Source: a virus
Lineage: Duplodnaviria > Caudoviricetes
DNA: 64,000 bases
Direction: 5' to 3' (one strand)
IMG/VR virus record: IMGVR_UViG_3300016744_000001
The notes below the pieces were generated by a model that worked only from the letters and a program-made list of their open reading frames with translations, ran no database searches and was not told where the DNA came from. The translations under genes were made by a program, and so were the position numbers. Positions 1 to 9,989 of the stretch are shown piece by piece (the first letter of the stretch is position 1; each line of letters starts with the position of its first letter).

Positions 1-2419
1 AGATGACCGTGCCCTTCTTCGGGTGGGTGTAGCTGATCTGCTGCACATAGGGCACGAAGGAGTTCAGATACTTCGCTTGGACGTACTGATTGAGTTCGTT
101 GACCTTGTTGATCTGGATGGTCGAGATCAGTTCAGCAACATAACTGCGCTGAGCTTCTTCAGCTTCAGCCACGGTAGGAATCGAGAAAGCGGCTTTCCAG
201 CAACCGTCTTCACTGATGGGTTCCCAGCAAAGAGTACTGTTGAGATACTTCTCACGGTACATCTTAAGGTCGGCCAATGTGCGTTTGGTTTTGCTGTCAA
301 CGTAAGTGATCGATTCAGCATTCAGCATTGACCAGTTGTTGAAACGCATGTTGTTGATGTTGACCGTGGCTTTTTCAGTGTGGTGACAGTTGGTGTCGCC
401 CTTGATCTTGTTGTAACACACGTACTCAACGTCGACGCCCTGCGGGTACATCAATGATGCAATCCCCCAGAGGATTGTTGAATAGTCAAGTGAGGAAATG
501 GCATTCCTCAGTGTGCCAGGCTGATCCCAACCTTCAAGGTTACTGTCCACAACCACCTTTTCAAAGAGATCAAACAATGCTGACCTGATCTCCACACCAA
601 CCGGCAAGAAAGCCAGCTTACCCATGATGCGACCATAGTCACCAGCGTTGGCGCGAACGGCATTGCTGTACTTGGTGAGCAAGTCCAGTCGAGGGGCACA
701 GATGACCACATTGAAACCACTGTGGTACAGGTTGACCTTTCGGATGCCATTGATGAGCAGAGAGGCGGTTTTGAAAGCTACTGAGCCGGCCAAAGAAACC
801 TGATTGCCAAGACGGCTAAGCAGTTTTTCTTTGTCAGCATAGCTGTCATCAATGTACTTCAGCTCTTCGCCGGATTCGGCGTTGGGATTTTTCAGGGCGA
901 CACTGCGAGACAGCTTGAGGTCTTTGCCGGTCTGTTCCTTGTGCCTCTCAAAGGCTTTGTTGAGAACACGAGTGTTGAAGTTGGTGGTGTCAGTGTCAAT
1001 GAACTCATGGGCCATCCTGATTCTGTACAGGTACGAGGAAGGATCGACCAGTTTCTCATTGAGGTTGACGATCTTTTGCTGAAGCTGATTGTAGATTACC
1101 GGATCAGCGTCACCAAAGAGTTCCTTGTTCGTACCAGAAAGCAACACAGGGTTGGTCTGGAACGCCAACTGACTAAGCGTGTCAGCATCCATCAGTGGGA
1201 TAACCAGCTCACCCTTGTTGGGTTCCGGAGTGGTGATTCCAACAAGACTTGGCAGATCCGTGAGTTCTTGGTAGTCATCACTGAACAACAGCTTGCCTGT
1301 GGTTTCAGTGACGAGGTTCATCGCGTCATCGATGGTCAGCTCTTCTTGCACCACAGCACTGACCTGATCAGGATTGATCTTGATCAAATCGTCATCGGGA
1401 GATTGCTCCACGATGGGAAGATCCTGAAGAGCCGCATCCAGTTCCTGACCAGCACCATTACCGAGCAGCTGATCAGCAACTTCGGTGTGTGATGGTGCGG
1501 TGAGAACCACCAGTGGGTTGTCTTCGGGTGCTGGAGTTGTTTCTTCAGTAGTCGCACCAGCCCATGTCGTCGGGTCGACCAGATAGGGTGGGATCGCGTC
1601 ATGTATTTCTTTCAGTGCTACCGGATCAATCGATGCACTTACCGGTTCATTGTCAACCGGAATGAGTTCGTCGGTGGATACAGGTACTTCAATAACTGGG
1701 GTTGCCAATTGTTCAGCGCCAATGGAGAAACCCAAAGATGCTTCGGTGTCAACCACTTCAGCTTCGTCCACGACTGGTTCGACTTCAACTGCTGGTTCAG
1801 GAGTCGAAATAATAGCAGGAGCTTCAACCGTGACTGTATCTGTGATCACCGGGGCGACAGGAGTAGGAGTCACAGGAGGTGTTTTCACAGTCATCTGAAG
1901 TGACTGTGATTTGGGTGGCGCAACCGGTGCCGCAAGATCATCCTTGGACATCTGAAGAGTATTGGTGATCTCCTCAGGAGTGACCGGATCATGCATGGGG
2001 GTAACCGTATCGAAACGAGGATCATTGTCGAGGTTACCATCAGCGATACCCAGATGTTCCCCACCAATCAGTGGGGCGGCTTCTGTCTGTGGACCGAGGT
2101 TGCTGGAAGTGCTGACTTCCCCTGAAGGAACAAACGGATCACCGTGGGTGGGTTCTTCTTCAGTGGGGGTGGTGTCAATCGCCATCTGCATGATGTCGGC
2201 TTCTGTGGGGTTCCCTGCCGTCTTCCGGGAAATGAAGTCTCGCAACACTGCCGGATCAGGTGCTTCTGGGCGATGGATTGCGTTGATCGGCAAGCTCTGA
2301 CATTCCGTAACCGGAAGATCAGCGAGGTCTGAACCAACTTCGATGCCGAGCTCATTCGTGCCCTGCGCTTCGTCTTGCGCTGGCTCAAACCCATTAGGGT
2401 TTACATGCTGGTCACTCAT
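1..2419 (-). CDS. Large hypothetical protein (>800 aa, runs off the window's left edge; absent from the ORF track). Acidic Pro/Glu/Thr-rich N-terminal half, globular C-terminal half resembling a conserved phiKZ-type protein found near the DNA polymerase (gp52-like)
   Basis: ATG at 2419 preceded by AAGGAGA. Manual translation MSDQHVNPNGFEPAQDEAQG...LYHSGFNVVICAP...ILWGIASLMYPQG... appears open to the window edge. The gp52 resemblance is from memory only. Confidence 0.6.
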   Translation of the reverse strand, partial: MSDQHVNPNGFEPAQDEAQGTNELGIEVGSDLADLPVTECQSLPINAIHRPEAPDPAVLRDFISRKTAGNPTEADIMQMAIDTTPTEEEPTHGDPFVPSGEVSTSSNLGPQTEAAPLIGGEHLGIADGNLDNDPRFDTVTPMHDPVTPEEITNTLQMSKDDLAAPVAPPKSQSLQMTVKTPPVTPTPVAPVITDTVTVEAPAIISTPEPAVEVEPVVDEAEVVDTEASLGFSIGAEQLATPVIEVPVSTDELIPVDNEPVSASIDPVALKEIHDAIPPYLVDPTTWAGATTEETTPAPEDNPLVVLTAPSHTEVADQLLGNGAGQELDAALQDLPIVEQSPDDDLIKINPDQVSAVVQEELTIDDAMNLVTETTGKLLFSDDYQELTDLPSLVGITTPEPNKGELVIPLMDADTLSQLAFQTNPVLLSGTNKELFGDADPVIYNQLQQKIVNLNEKLVDPSSYLYRIRMAHEFIDTDTTNFNTRVLNKAFERHKEQTGKDLKLSRSVALKNPNAESGEELKYIDDSYADKEKLLSRLGNQVSLAGSVAFKTASLLINGIRKVNLYHSGFNVVICAPRLDLLTKYSNAVRANAGDYGRIMGKLAFLPVGVEIRSALFDLFEKVVVDSNLEGWDQPGTLRNAISSLDYSTILWGIASLMYPQGVDVEYVCYNKIKGDTNCHHTEKATVNINNMRFNNWSMLNAESITYVDSKTKRTLADLKMYREKYLNSTLCWEPISEDGCWKAAFSIPTVAEAEEAQRSYVAELISTIQINKVNELNQYVQAKYLNSFVPYVQQISYTHPKKGTVI

Positions 2420-3470
2420 TGGGTATCTCCTTGGAGCTAGCTCCAGTGTTTCTCTTTGGCGGAATCGTGGGCATAAGCACTGTTTCCATGTATGGACGAG
2501 TGCTAGTAATGCTGACTTCAGGTGCATGGTAGCACGCTAAACACTTCACAGTGTCCCCATTAGATTTGTAGATGTATAACGAAAAGTCTCCTACGAGTTG
2601 TTCTTTAACGTACTTCTTTTGGATGAATTCCCGAACGCTTGGTAAATCCAACCCATCAACTAACAAAAGTTTCTGGTTTTGATACTTGCGTTCTTCTGGT
2701 AGCCCAAATTGGTCCCCTGAAAATTCTTGTGACCGGTACCAGTTTGAATGAAACTTCTCTTGCTTCATCAAAAAGGTTTGGTCAAATTTTTGAAAGTAGT
2801 GACCTTCTGGAGCATCAACACAGTTTTTGCAGTCGACGACCATCTGGTCTAGTACCACTGCCAGTTCGTTGATAACAAAGGGGTCATTCAGAAGAGTACC
2901 CGCGATGTTCGCAGCAGTGAACAGAGATCTTTTTATTTCGCAGTCCCAACCATCATCTTGCATGACTTTATCGAGTTCATCGATTGTTACGGTTGATTGA
3001 CTTGGTTCAGTAGAATAGTCATCATCATCTTCATCACGTTCAATACTGATCGTGAGCTGTTTGCCACCACCAAGAATGTGCAGGTTCTGCGTAAGTGGAT
3101 CGATCTGTGCAAGCACTGATTCAATCCGAAAATCTTTGAAGGCCTTGGTGATGAATTCAGTCTTGATGATGTATGGATGGTTGCCGAGCTGATTCAAATT
3201 GAAGAGGTCACGGAACGTGGTCAGAAAGTCATCATGCGGGTGAATGCAATGGATGGATATCATGGCCAAGGATGTGTACGTGATAAACAAGTCAGGATCA
3301 GCGTTGGTTACAACTAACTCATCCTCATGACCAGGAATATTCAAGTACACATACTTGCAGCCACGGGCTGACAGAGATGAAAAGTACGACCGACACTGCT
3401 TTTGAAAGTCAGTGATGGGGACACTTTTTTTCTTTACAGGTTTGTCTGTCTCTGACGCCATGATATCCAT
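2412..3470 (-). CDS. Hypothetical protein (352 aa)
   Basis: Long ORF whose stop overlaps the start of the next gene; no motif recognised. Confidence 0.75.
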   Translation of the reverse strand: MDIMASETDKPVKKKSVPITDFQKQCRSYFSSLSARGCKYVYLNIPGHEDELVVTNADPDLFITYTSLAMISIHCIHPHDDFLTTFRDLFNLNQLGNHPYIIKTEFITKAFKDFRIESVLAQIDPLTQNLHILGGGKQLTISIERDEDDDDYSTEPSQSTVTIDELDKVMQDDGWDCEIKRSLFTAANIAGTLLNDPFVINELAVVLDQMVVDCKNCVDAPEGHYFQKFDQTFLMKQEKFHSNWYRSQEFSGDQFGLPEERKYQNQKLLLVDGLDLPSVREFIQKKYVKEQLVGDFSLYIYKSNGDTVKCLACYHAPEVSITSTRPYMETVLMPTIPPKRNTGASSKEIPNE

Positions 3471-3487
3471 CCTTTTAGTTGTTGGAG

Positions 3488-4258
3488 TTACTCTGTGGTA
3501 GCCGGGGTGGTGGGAGCAGCAGTGGATGCTGCGATGAATGCCGCTTCATCCATGGTGGCAATATTGCCACCAGCAGTGCCACGCACTTCTTCATCAGGAG
3601 TGGGTTCGGTAGCAGCTTCCACGGTACCATCATCAATAACCGGCACGCTTTCATCGGCGGCTGCATCGGGCGTGAAGCAGTCGTCCATGACGTTTTCCGG
3701 GACGACAGGCTGGTCAGCAGCGACGCTCTTCAGAGCAGCAATGTGGCCTTCAAGATTGGCCATCAGGTCGTGCAGAGAGCCAGCCAGCTGGACGCTGATG
3801 TTTTTGATGGCGGGGTTGTATTTGTCATCAATGCACTTGAGCGAACGCGTCTTTTCCGCGACATCCAGCTGCATTTCCATCACGCTGGGCAGGATGGTCT
3901 CGATGAATTCGCCCATGGCGGCCATCGGGTCGGCAAAGTTCTTCAGCTTTTTCCGGAGTTCAAACGTCTTTTGCTGCAGACGTTCCAGTCGGTTTTCCGC
4001 CATGATCATGTCGGTGTGGAACTGGCGGAGAGAAGCAAGATCGTTCAGGCGAGCCAGCGCACCGGATTCGTCTTTCAGGGCGTCAGCCGTCAGCATCCAC
4101 TGGTCGGAGGTCACCCAAAGGTGCTGACCAAGAATGACCAGTTCACGCAAAAACGGATGGTACGCTTCAAGTTGCTTCAGCACGTTGTTCATTTCAATAC
4201 GGCTGGTCATCTGCATGTTGTTGCGCTCAGCCGACTTGATAACTTTCTTACGTCCCAT
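3488..4258 (-). CDS. Hypothetical coiled-coil protein with acidic, Ala/Thr-rich tail
   Basis: AAGGAG RBS, helical heptad-like core, low-complexity C-terminus. Confidence 0.75.
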   Translation of the reverse strand: MGRKKVIKSAERNNMQMTSRIEMNNVLKQLEAYHPFLRELVILGQHLWVTSDQWMLTADALKDESGALARLNDLASLRQFHTDMIMAENRLERLQQKTFELRKKLKNFADPMAAMGEFIETILPSVMEMQLDVAEKTRSLKCIDDKYNPAIKNISVQLAGSLHDLMANLEGHIAALKSVAADQPVVPENVMDDCFTPDAAADESVPVIDDGTVEAATEPTPDEEVRGTAGGNIATMDEAAFIAASTAAPTTPATTE

Positions 4259-4354
4259 GATAATACTCCTTGGAAACTTTGGGTGGGTTTAAGGTTAAAA
4301 CAAAGGGTGTTCCTCGAAACATATCATTCCGGATAAATAAGAGTTTAAATTACA

Positions 4355-4386
4355 GATAGTCACCCGGGATATCCCGGGTGACTATC
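4355..4386. terminator. Perfect 32-bp palindrome (GGGATATCCC core), probable terminator hairpin
   Basis: GATAGTCACCCGGGAT|ATCCCGGGTGACTATC, immediately after the stop of the 4389-4946 gene. Confidence 0.7.
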
Positions 4387-4388
4387 GC

Positions 4389-4946
4389 TTAAGCAAGCAG
4401 TTTGAACCAGGGGTCCGTGCAACTGCTGAAGGCACGTTGCGCAACATCTTCAAAGTAACCCGACACCAGCATAATGGTGTCATCACTGAAGTTCATTTGT
4501 GACCAGGTGTTCGTGGCTTTGTCATTCTGGACGTCGTTGTCCTTGATATCCTTTTCCACGATGTCCTTCATGTGACCAGACGCAAACGTCGGTGCCCGAT
4601 GCAAGAAGTTCATCTGCACACGGTCACGGACCGTCATGGTTGGGCCGCAAGCGCACAGACTCTTCAGCTCAAGCATGAGGCTGCTGTAATGATCTGCACT
4701 GAGGAACCGGGGGTTGGCAAACTTGAATTGGTTGATCGCCAGTTCAAGCTTTTCTTCCAATTCCTCAGTGGTGCCGGCTTCTTTCGAATCCTTCAGATCC
4801 TTCAGGTATTCCTTAAACAAGCAGTAGAGCATTGCAGAACGACTGTTGTTTTCAGCAGAGATGGTGTTCTTGCTTTGATAAGCCTGGAACTGTTTGTTCA
4901 GCTCATCCTTGCGCTGTTGTGACAGGCGACTAAGTGGAGATGGCAT
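4389..4946 (-). CDS. Hypothetical protein
   Basis: GGGAGGA RBS before ATG 4946 (MPSPL...); divergent from the DNA polymerase gene. Confidence 0.7.
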   Translation of the reverse strand: MPSPLSRLSQQRKDELNKQFQAYQSKNTISAENNSRSAMLYCLFKEYLKDLKDSKEAGTTEELEEKLELAINQFKFANPRFLSADHYSSLMLELKSLCACGPTMTVRDRVQMNFLHRAPTFASGHMKDIVEKDIKDNDVQNDKATNTWSQMNFSDDTIMLVSGYFEDVAQRAFSSCTDPWFKLLA

Positions 4947-5045
4947 GCTTGATCCTCCCAAGGATTCAAAGATCACTTGTAATGGTTATCGTTTGCTTTC
5001 GATTCGGAGTGAATCATCCAATATATTCCGCAGATTGGAGTACAT

Positions 5046-7226
5046 ATGCTGAATACTCAACGACCGGCACCTGATCAGGTTCAATACCGACCTGACGTAA
5101 TGAAGTGCTATATAGCAAATCAGGTCGAACATCTTCGGTTGGTTTTTCCAGATCTCTCGGTGGAAGAACTAACTGAGATTGTCCGAGAAGATGCGAAGAA
5201 AAATTTTAAGCGTCCAGAATGTCAGGTTATCGTTTATCCTGAACCAGGTGAATGTGATCTGCGAACACTCGATCTGCTGAACTTCATCACTGTTCACAGA
5301 GCAGATGTGATCACACCATCTGGGACAATGTTCAAATCTGATGCGAAAAACCTGCCACCTTCGATTGCGTATTGCAATGCTTGCAAGCAGGCACGCAGTC
5401 ATTTCAAGAAACTCATGTTTGCTTGTATGGAAAAAGGTGATAAAGATGGTGAAGCCCGAAATGACAAGCGACAAGCGTTAAAGAAGATCAAGAACAACTC
5501 GATCATTGGCGCCCATGGCTTCAAAGGCAGCGCGTTCTACGATAAGGAATGCTTCAGTGGGATCACCTCGTTAGGTCGAAACGGTGTGATCATGTCCTAC
5601 GGGATAACCGAGCAATGTTTGGTGAATAATTTTTATTGGTCTGATGCTGAAAAAGTCATCAACCATGTCATCACTGTTGCTGCAGCTGCAAACATGGAAC
5701 TGGTCGAAGAGATCTGCAATAAGTACAATCTGTATATTCCAGATGCAGAAACTACTGCAGGTCGTTTACTTGAATCAGCAAAGTACTACCTATCGAAGGA
5801 TGTACGAGTGGCATTACACGCTAAGCTGGTCAAGATGTTTGATGCTCTGCCTTGGCAGAGAAGAACATACGTGTTCTATCGCCGGAGCATGATCAACCTT
5901 TTTGTGTACAACAAAGAGCTGTTTAAGGCCAAGATTGCTGGATTGTTTGACTTGGATGTCAAGTTGAAGGCAAACCCTGATTTTGAAGAACGGTTGACGA
6001 ATGCTAATCCTAAGGATGCACTTAAGCTTCCTGAAGATGTGCAGATGATGCTTTCCGTTATCTACAACAACGTGCTTAATTACAATCCAGTCAACAAAGA
6101 ACTTGTTGAAAAGCAACCCGAGATTGCAAAACACTTTGGGTTGATTGGACAGGAAGCAGTGAAATACCTCGAATCATTCGAGGAAGTGTATGCACCATTT
6201 CTGTTCTCTGGGGAAGCACTTGCACGGATTCCAGAGAACAAGTACATCATTCGTAAAGCTGTTGCTGTGTCAGATACAGACTCAGTGATTTTTACGATGA
6301 AATCGACCGTCTCGTGGTTCAAAGATGGAAACCTGAAGGTTGACCAAGCTTCGTTGAACATGTCCGCATACACCGTTTATTTGCTTTCTCGAGTGTTGAA
6401 TACCGCAAACCGGGATTTGGCTATTTCAAAGGGTGTGGTGACAGAAGCGAACGTTAGCTTGATTAACCTCAAGAGTGAGTTCTTGTATCCAGTATTTGTT
6501 AAGACTGACCTTGGCAAGCACTACTTTGCAAAGTACATTGCGAAAGAAGGACGTCAGCTTCCTGAACCGAAGCTTGACGTTAAGGGTGTGGAATTCCAGT
6601 CATCAACATTACCGACAGTGACCAAAGAGTTCACGAACAGTATCCTTAACAAGATCATCGATGACGTGATTGAGTATGGCGATCTGTACGAGAATGACTT
6701 GATTCGGACATGTCTGGATTACGAGACAAAGATCTTGAGTTCACTGCGAGCAGGTGACCTCGGTTACTACGCAAACGCTTCAGTGAAAGACAAGTCAGGA
6801 TACAAACAACCGGAAAGAAGTATCTACTTCAACTACGAGTTCTGGCAAGAAGTCTTTGCAGATCGTTACGGGGAAATCCATATTCCCGGAAAGTACTGCA
6901 TGGTTCCTTTCAGAGACAAAGTGATGCGCAGTGAGCAATACCTGTCATGGATGAAGAATGGCTTCCCGGATGTCCATGAACGGTACATGCGGTTCTTGAA
7001 ACGAGTTGACCCCAAGAAGAAGTTGACTCGAATCGTGTTGCCGGCTACCTGTATCAAATTGCCGGAGATCTTTGTTCCAGCAATTGATACCCGAGCAATC
7101 ATTTATAAAAACATGGCACCGACTCAGTTGGCTTTGAAACAGATTGGGATCAATCTGGGCAAAGCGAAACAGATGCCACTGTTCTTAGATGTGTACACTG
7201 ACACATTGATGAACAATGTCTGCTAA
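5046..7226 (+). CDS. Divergent family-B DNA polymerase, polymerase domain (phiKZ gp50-like)
   Basis: Motif B-like KKIKNNSIIG, ITSLGR, motif C SDTDS, K-H-Y and DVKGVE thumb motifs; no obvious N-terminal proofreading exonuclease. Confidence 0.9.
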   Translation: MLNTQRPAPDQVQYRPDVMKCYIANQVEHLRLVFPDLSVEELTEIVREDAKKNFKRPECQVIVYPEPGECDLRTLDLLNFITVHRADVITPSGTMFKSDAKNLPPSIAYCNACKQARSHFKKLMFACMEKGDKDGEARNDKRQALKKIKNNSIIGAHGFKGSAFYDKECFSGITSLGRNGVIMSYGITEQCLVNNFYWSDAEKVINHVITVAAAANMELVEEICNKYNLYIPDAETTAGRLLESAKYYLSKDVRVALHAKLVKMFDALPWQRRTYVFYRRSMINLFVYNKELFKAKIAGLFDLDVKLKANPDFEERLTNANPKDALKLPEDVQMMLSVIYNNVLNYNPVNKELVEKQPEIAKHFGLIGQEAVKYLESFEEVYAPFLFSGEALARIPENKYIIRKAVAVSDTDSVIFTMKSTVSWFKDGNLKVDQASLNMSAYTVYLLSRVLNTANRDLAISKGVVTEANVSLINLKSEFLYPVFVKTDLGKHYFAKYIAKEGRQLPEPKLDVKGVEFQSSTLPTVTKEFTNSILNKIIDDVIEYGDLYENDLIRTCLDYETKILSSLRAGDLGYYANASVKDKSGYKQPERSIYFNYEFWQEVFADRYGEIHIPGKYCMVPFRDKVMRSEQYLSWMKNGFPDVHERYMRFLKRVDPKKKLTRIVLPATCIKLPEIFVPAIDTRAIIYKNMAPTQLALKQIGINLGKAKQMPLFLDVYTDTLMNNVC

Positions 7227-7236
7227 TTGAAAAGTG

Positions 7237-7270
7237 ATGTACTCCAGAGGGCATGCCCTCTGGAGTACAT
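7237..7270. terminator. Perfect 34-bp palindrome between convergent genes
   Basis: ATGTACTCCAGAGGGCA|TGCCCTCTGGAGTACAT. Confidence 0.75.
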
Positions 7271-7272
7271 GT

Positions 7273-7872
7273 TTAGATCCCTAACCACGAAAGGAACTTG
7301 AAGAACAGTTCCTTTAACCCATTCGCAAAAGCGATGAGTCCAGTGATACTAGTTGCGATCACGATGATTACCTTCTTGATCGTTTTGACACGATTTTGGA
7401 AGGCTGTGTGTTGGTCAATCAAGACTTCGTGTTTCCGAATTTCCTTTTTGAGGACTGTCGTTGTTTCCGATGTTGTATTGATGAGCTGCTTAAGCTCAGA
7501 ACCCAACACGTCAACTGTTCCACGAAGTTCTGTAATCATGACGTACATTTTGTCTTGTTCGTCATTTTTGGTTTTGATTTCTTGAAGTGACAACCGAATC
7601 ATATCGATGTTGGTTGTAATCACCTCAATTTTGGTTGACAGAACGTTGACTTGTGCGTTGAACGGCTCAATTCCTTTCTTCCACTCCTCAACGGCCCTTA
7701 TCCTGTAATCTGCAGCATATTCATGTTGCAGCATGCGTTCACCAAGATCAGATAACACCTGCTGTTGATGCTGGACGCCATGAATGAGCTTCTGGATTGA
7801 GGTTTGAACGTCTCCGAGGTTTTTGACCAAGAGATCGATCTGTTGCTCAGTACCTGCAGGTGCCATAGACAT
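7273..7872 (-). CDS. Coiled-coil protein with C-terminal transmembrane helix (possible lysis accessory / holin-like)
   Basis: Long heptad region, hydrophobic VIIVIATSITGLIAF near the C-terminus, downstream of the endolysin. Confidence 0.55.
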   Translation of the reverse strand: MSMAPAGTEQQIDLLVKNLGDVQTSIQKLIHGVQHQQQVLSDLGERMLQHEYAADYRIRAVEEWKKGIEPFNAQVNVLSTKIEVITTNIDMIRLSLQEIKTKNDEQDKMYVMITELRGTVDVLGSELKQLINTTSETTTVLKKEIRKHEVLIDQHTAFQNRVKTIKKVIIVIATSITGLIAFANGLKELFFKFLSWLGI

Positions 7873-7925
7873 TTGGTGCCTTCCTTGAGCTGATTGTGAG
7901 AGCAGCTAGTGATGACTTACATTTA

Positions 7926-8291
7926 TCACTTGCCACTCTGCCAAATTCTGTACCCAGTACTTGGACTTTTGGTCTCAGCAGTCGGTGCCGGAAGGACTGT
8001 GACAGTATCCGTTTCTGGTGCAGAGTCATTGACGCTGCTACCCAGACAAGCCGTGTTTCCACCATAGTTACGCCCAAGTCTTACGGTGAGCTCCTTGAGC
8101 GTTGGTAACATGTCCGTTAGCTTTTGGCACTCTTGATTGAGTTCCGTAAGGTTGCTGCAAATTGTGTCGAAACACTTTACAGCATCATCAAACGACGGAC
8201 GGTCATGCGGGTAGCTTTGGGATTCAGTTTGAGAAGTCCCAAGTGACCCACTTAAGGGCCGAGGTGTATCGATGGTTGGTTCGTTGTTCAT
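7926..8291 (-). CDS. Small hypothetical protein
   Basis: AGAGGG RBS before ATG 8291 (MNNEPT...); the longer ORF-track start overlaps the endolysin. Confidence 0.55.
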   Translation of the reverse strand: MNNEPTIDTPRPLSGSLGTSQTESQSYPHDRPSFDDAVKCFDTICSNLTELNQECQKLTDMLPTLKELTVRLGRNYGGNTACLGSSVNDSAPETDTVTVLPAPTAETKSPSTGYRIWQSGK

Positions 8292-8316
8292 GATGTTCCC
8301 TCTACGTCTGTCAGGG

Positions 8317-8820
8317 TTAAACATCAAGTTTGATAATCGAACCATCAGCATTCTGACAGTTCCAAATATCAAAGTGGAACCAAGATATCTGCTTACCACC
8401 GGACAAGTTTTCTACTCGTCCTATGTACTGAAAGCAAGCAGTATCTTTGGTGACTCTGGATTTGAATCCAGGAAGAAAACAACCTGCCTTTTCCATCTCT
8501 GCCCGGATAGCTTCAGCCGTGGCATCGGCGAAATTGCAGTCCAATGCTGCACCACGTTTGTGCGGACCAAACATAGCGCCAGTGGAGTCATTCGTGCGCA
8601 AACCGCGTTGACTGAATGAGCCACCTGACTTCCAGTTGTTGACGGTTAGTGAACCAAACCGCTCACGCAGCATGTCCGCTGTCATCAACACCAGAGGGTT
8701 AAATTGCCAGAAGATGCGCTGGTCGCCGCCCCCATCACTCTGGACGGCCTTGTAATACTTTTCGTCACACAATTCCCAAGCTTTGAGGTACTTGGGGGTG
8801 TAGAATGTCGGCAACGCCAT
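8317..8820 (-). CDS. Peptidase M15-family (Zn) peptidoglycan endopeptidase, putative endolysin
   Basis: SQRGLR, H-x6-D (HKRGAALD) and W-F-H-F-D zinc-ligand motifs typical of M15 peptidases. Confidence 0.8.
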   Translation of the reverse strand: MALPTFYTPKYLKAWELCDEKYYKAVQSDGGGDQRIFWQFNPLVLMTADMLRERFGSLTVNNWKSGGSFSQRGLRTNDSTGAMFGPHKRGAALDCNFADATAEAIRAEMEKAGCFLPGFKSRVTKDTACFQYIGRVENLSGGKQISWFHFDIWNCQNADGSIIKLDV

Positions 8821-8862
8821 GACGTGGATTCCTTAATTGTTCTGTAGAGGTTACCTACGCGC

Positions 8863-9297
8863 TTATTTGAAGCACATGCGTAGCGCAAACGCTACTTCAG
8901 GAGTAGCGGCACCATCAGGATCACCAAGAGCAGTATAACAAATCTTGATGAAGGAACAAACATCATCAAAATCATACCGCTTGAAATAGTTTTGTCCTTT
9001 TGGTACCGTAAATGTAGGAATACTGGGGCATGGCACCCACAGATCACCAATGCTGGACATGGGGGGAGCCGTCCAACCTGGGATATCTGGGCGATCGCCA
9101 AACGGCATGGTCCCAATATTCGCCATCCACACCTCAACCTCAACAGGAGAACTCGCAACGGCATGAATTGAGCAGGCGGTCATCGTTTCATATGAAGCCT
9201 GTGCGAGAACAATCTGTTGCGAGTTCACCACACCTGGCTTCAATTTGGTAAACGTTTCACTGAACTGATTGGGAATGGAAAAAGTATGCATGCCCAT
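8863..9297 (-). CDS. Hypothetical beta-rich protein, possibly virion-associated
   Basis: AGGAG RBS before ATG 9297; the ORF-track start lies inside the hairpin. Confidence 0.6.
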   Translation of the reverse strand: MGMHTFSIPNQFSETFTKLKPGVVNSQQIVLAQASYETMTACSIHAVASSPVEVEVWMANIGTMPFGDRPDIPGWTAPPMSSIGDLWVPCPSIPTFTVPKGQNYFKRYDFDDVCSFIKICYTALGDPDGAATPEVAFALRMCFK

Positions 9298-9320
9298 TGT
9301 TGAGTAGCTCCTGTTAATGA

Positions 9321-9360
9321 ATGACATGGGTGGGTGGGATTAACCACCCACCCATGTCAT
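9321..9360. terminator. 17-bp stem hairpin
   Basis: ATGACATGGGTGGGTGG-gattaa-CCACCCACCCATGTCAT. Confidence 0.7.
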
Positions 9361-9392
9361 GTTGTCAGTCTGTGAACAAACTGATTGGGCTA

Positions 9393-9989
9393 CTACGCCT
9401 GGTAGTAACCGGCCAGTTCGGTGGCGTTCACGCCGGACACGATAATGGTGTCGGTGTAGCGCACGGCGTCAGTGTTCAAGGTGGCCAGTGTGGTGCGTTC
9501 GGTAGCCAGCATCATAACCTTGCTGGTACCATCGTTGATGGAGTCGGCCGTGTCCGTGTTCTTGTTGAAGTACGGGGTAAGGTCGATGTCCATGGCTTCC
9601 TGTTCAAACAGCTTGTCCCAAGCGGAGCTGGTGGAGTTCCACACGTAGCCGGCCTGTTTCTTGGTCGTGGTGATTGTGGGATCGGCGGAAGCGTCGAGCA
9701 CGATCACGAGGCCATGCTTCTGGTCAGCGGCCAGGGCATCACGGGCAGCGATGTCAGCCACGTAGCGGTAGGTCTGCACGGTCTGCACGAGCTGCTGGCT
9801 GTAGTACACGGGGGTTTCGGACCAGGTGTGGGTACCATCACCGATCTTGATCACGCCGGTGTCAGAAGCGTAGCACATCATGTTCGCCATCAGCACGGGG
9901 TTGGTGGCGGACCACTGGGCTTCGGTGGCACCGTTCAGAAGTTGGACAACCTTGAGGGTTTTGACAGTGGGTTTCAGCGTAACGGCCAT
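9393..9989 (-). CDS. Tail-fibre/decoration-type protein with Mtd/hyaluronidase N-terminal-like domain
   Basis: TEAQWSATNPVL...DTGVIKIGDGTHTWS matches the conserved WxxxNPVL...DTGxxKxGDGxxxW motif. Confidence 0.7.
   Translation of the reverse strand: MAVTLKPTVKTLKVVQLLNGATEAQWSATNPVLMANMMCYASDTGVIKIGDGTHTWSETPVYYSQQLVQTVQTYRYVADIAARDALAADQKHGLVIVLDASADPTITTTKKQAGYVWNSTSSAWDKLFEQEAMDIDLTPYFNKNTDTADSINDGTSKVMMLATERTTLATLNTDAVRYTDTIIVSGVNATELAGYYQA

Noticed and set aside
23-2394. Numerous + strand and short ORFs listed in the track
   Set aside because: They are antisense or out-of-frame shadows of the long minus-strand gene starting at 2419
9393-9989. Diversity-generating retroelement target (Mtd)
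   Set aside because: Only the N-terminal-like motif is present; no reverse transcriptase or TR/VR repeat pair seen
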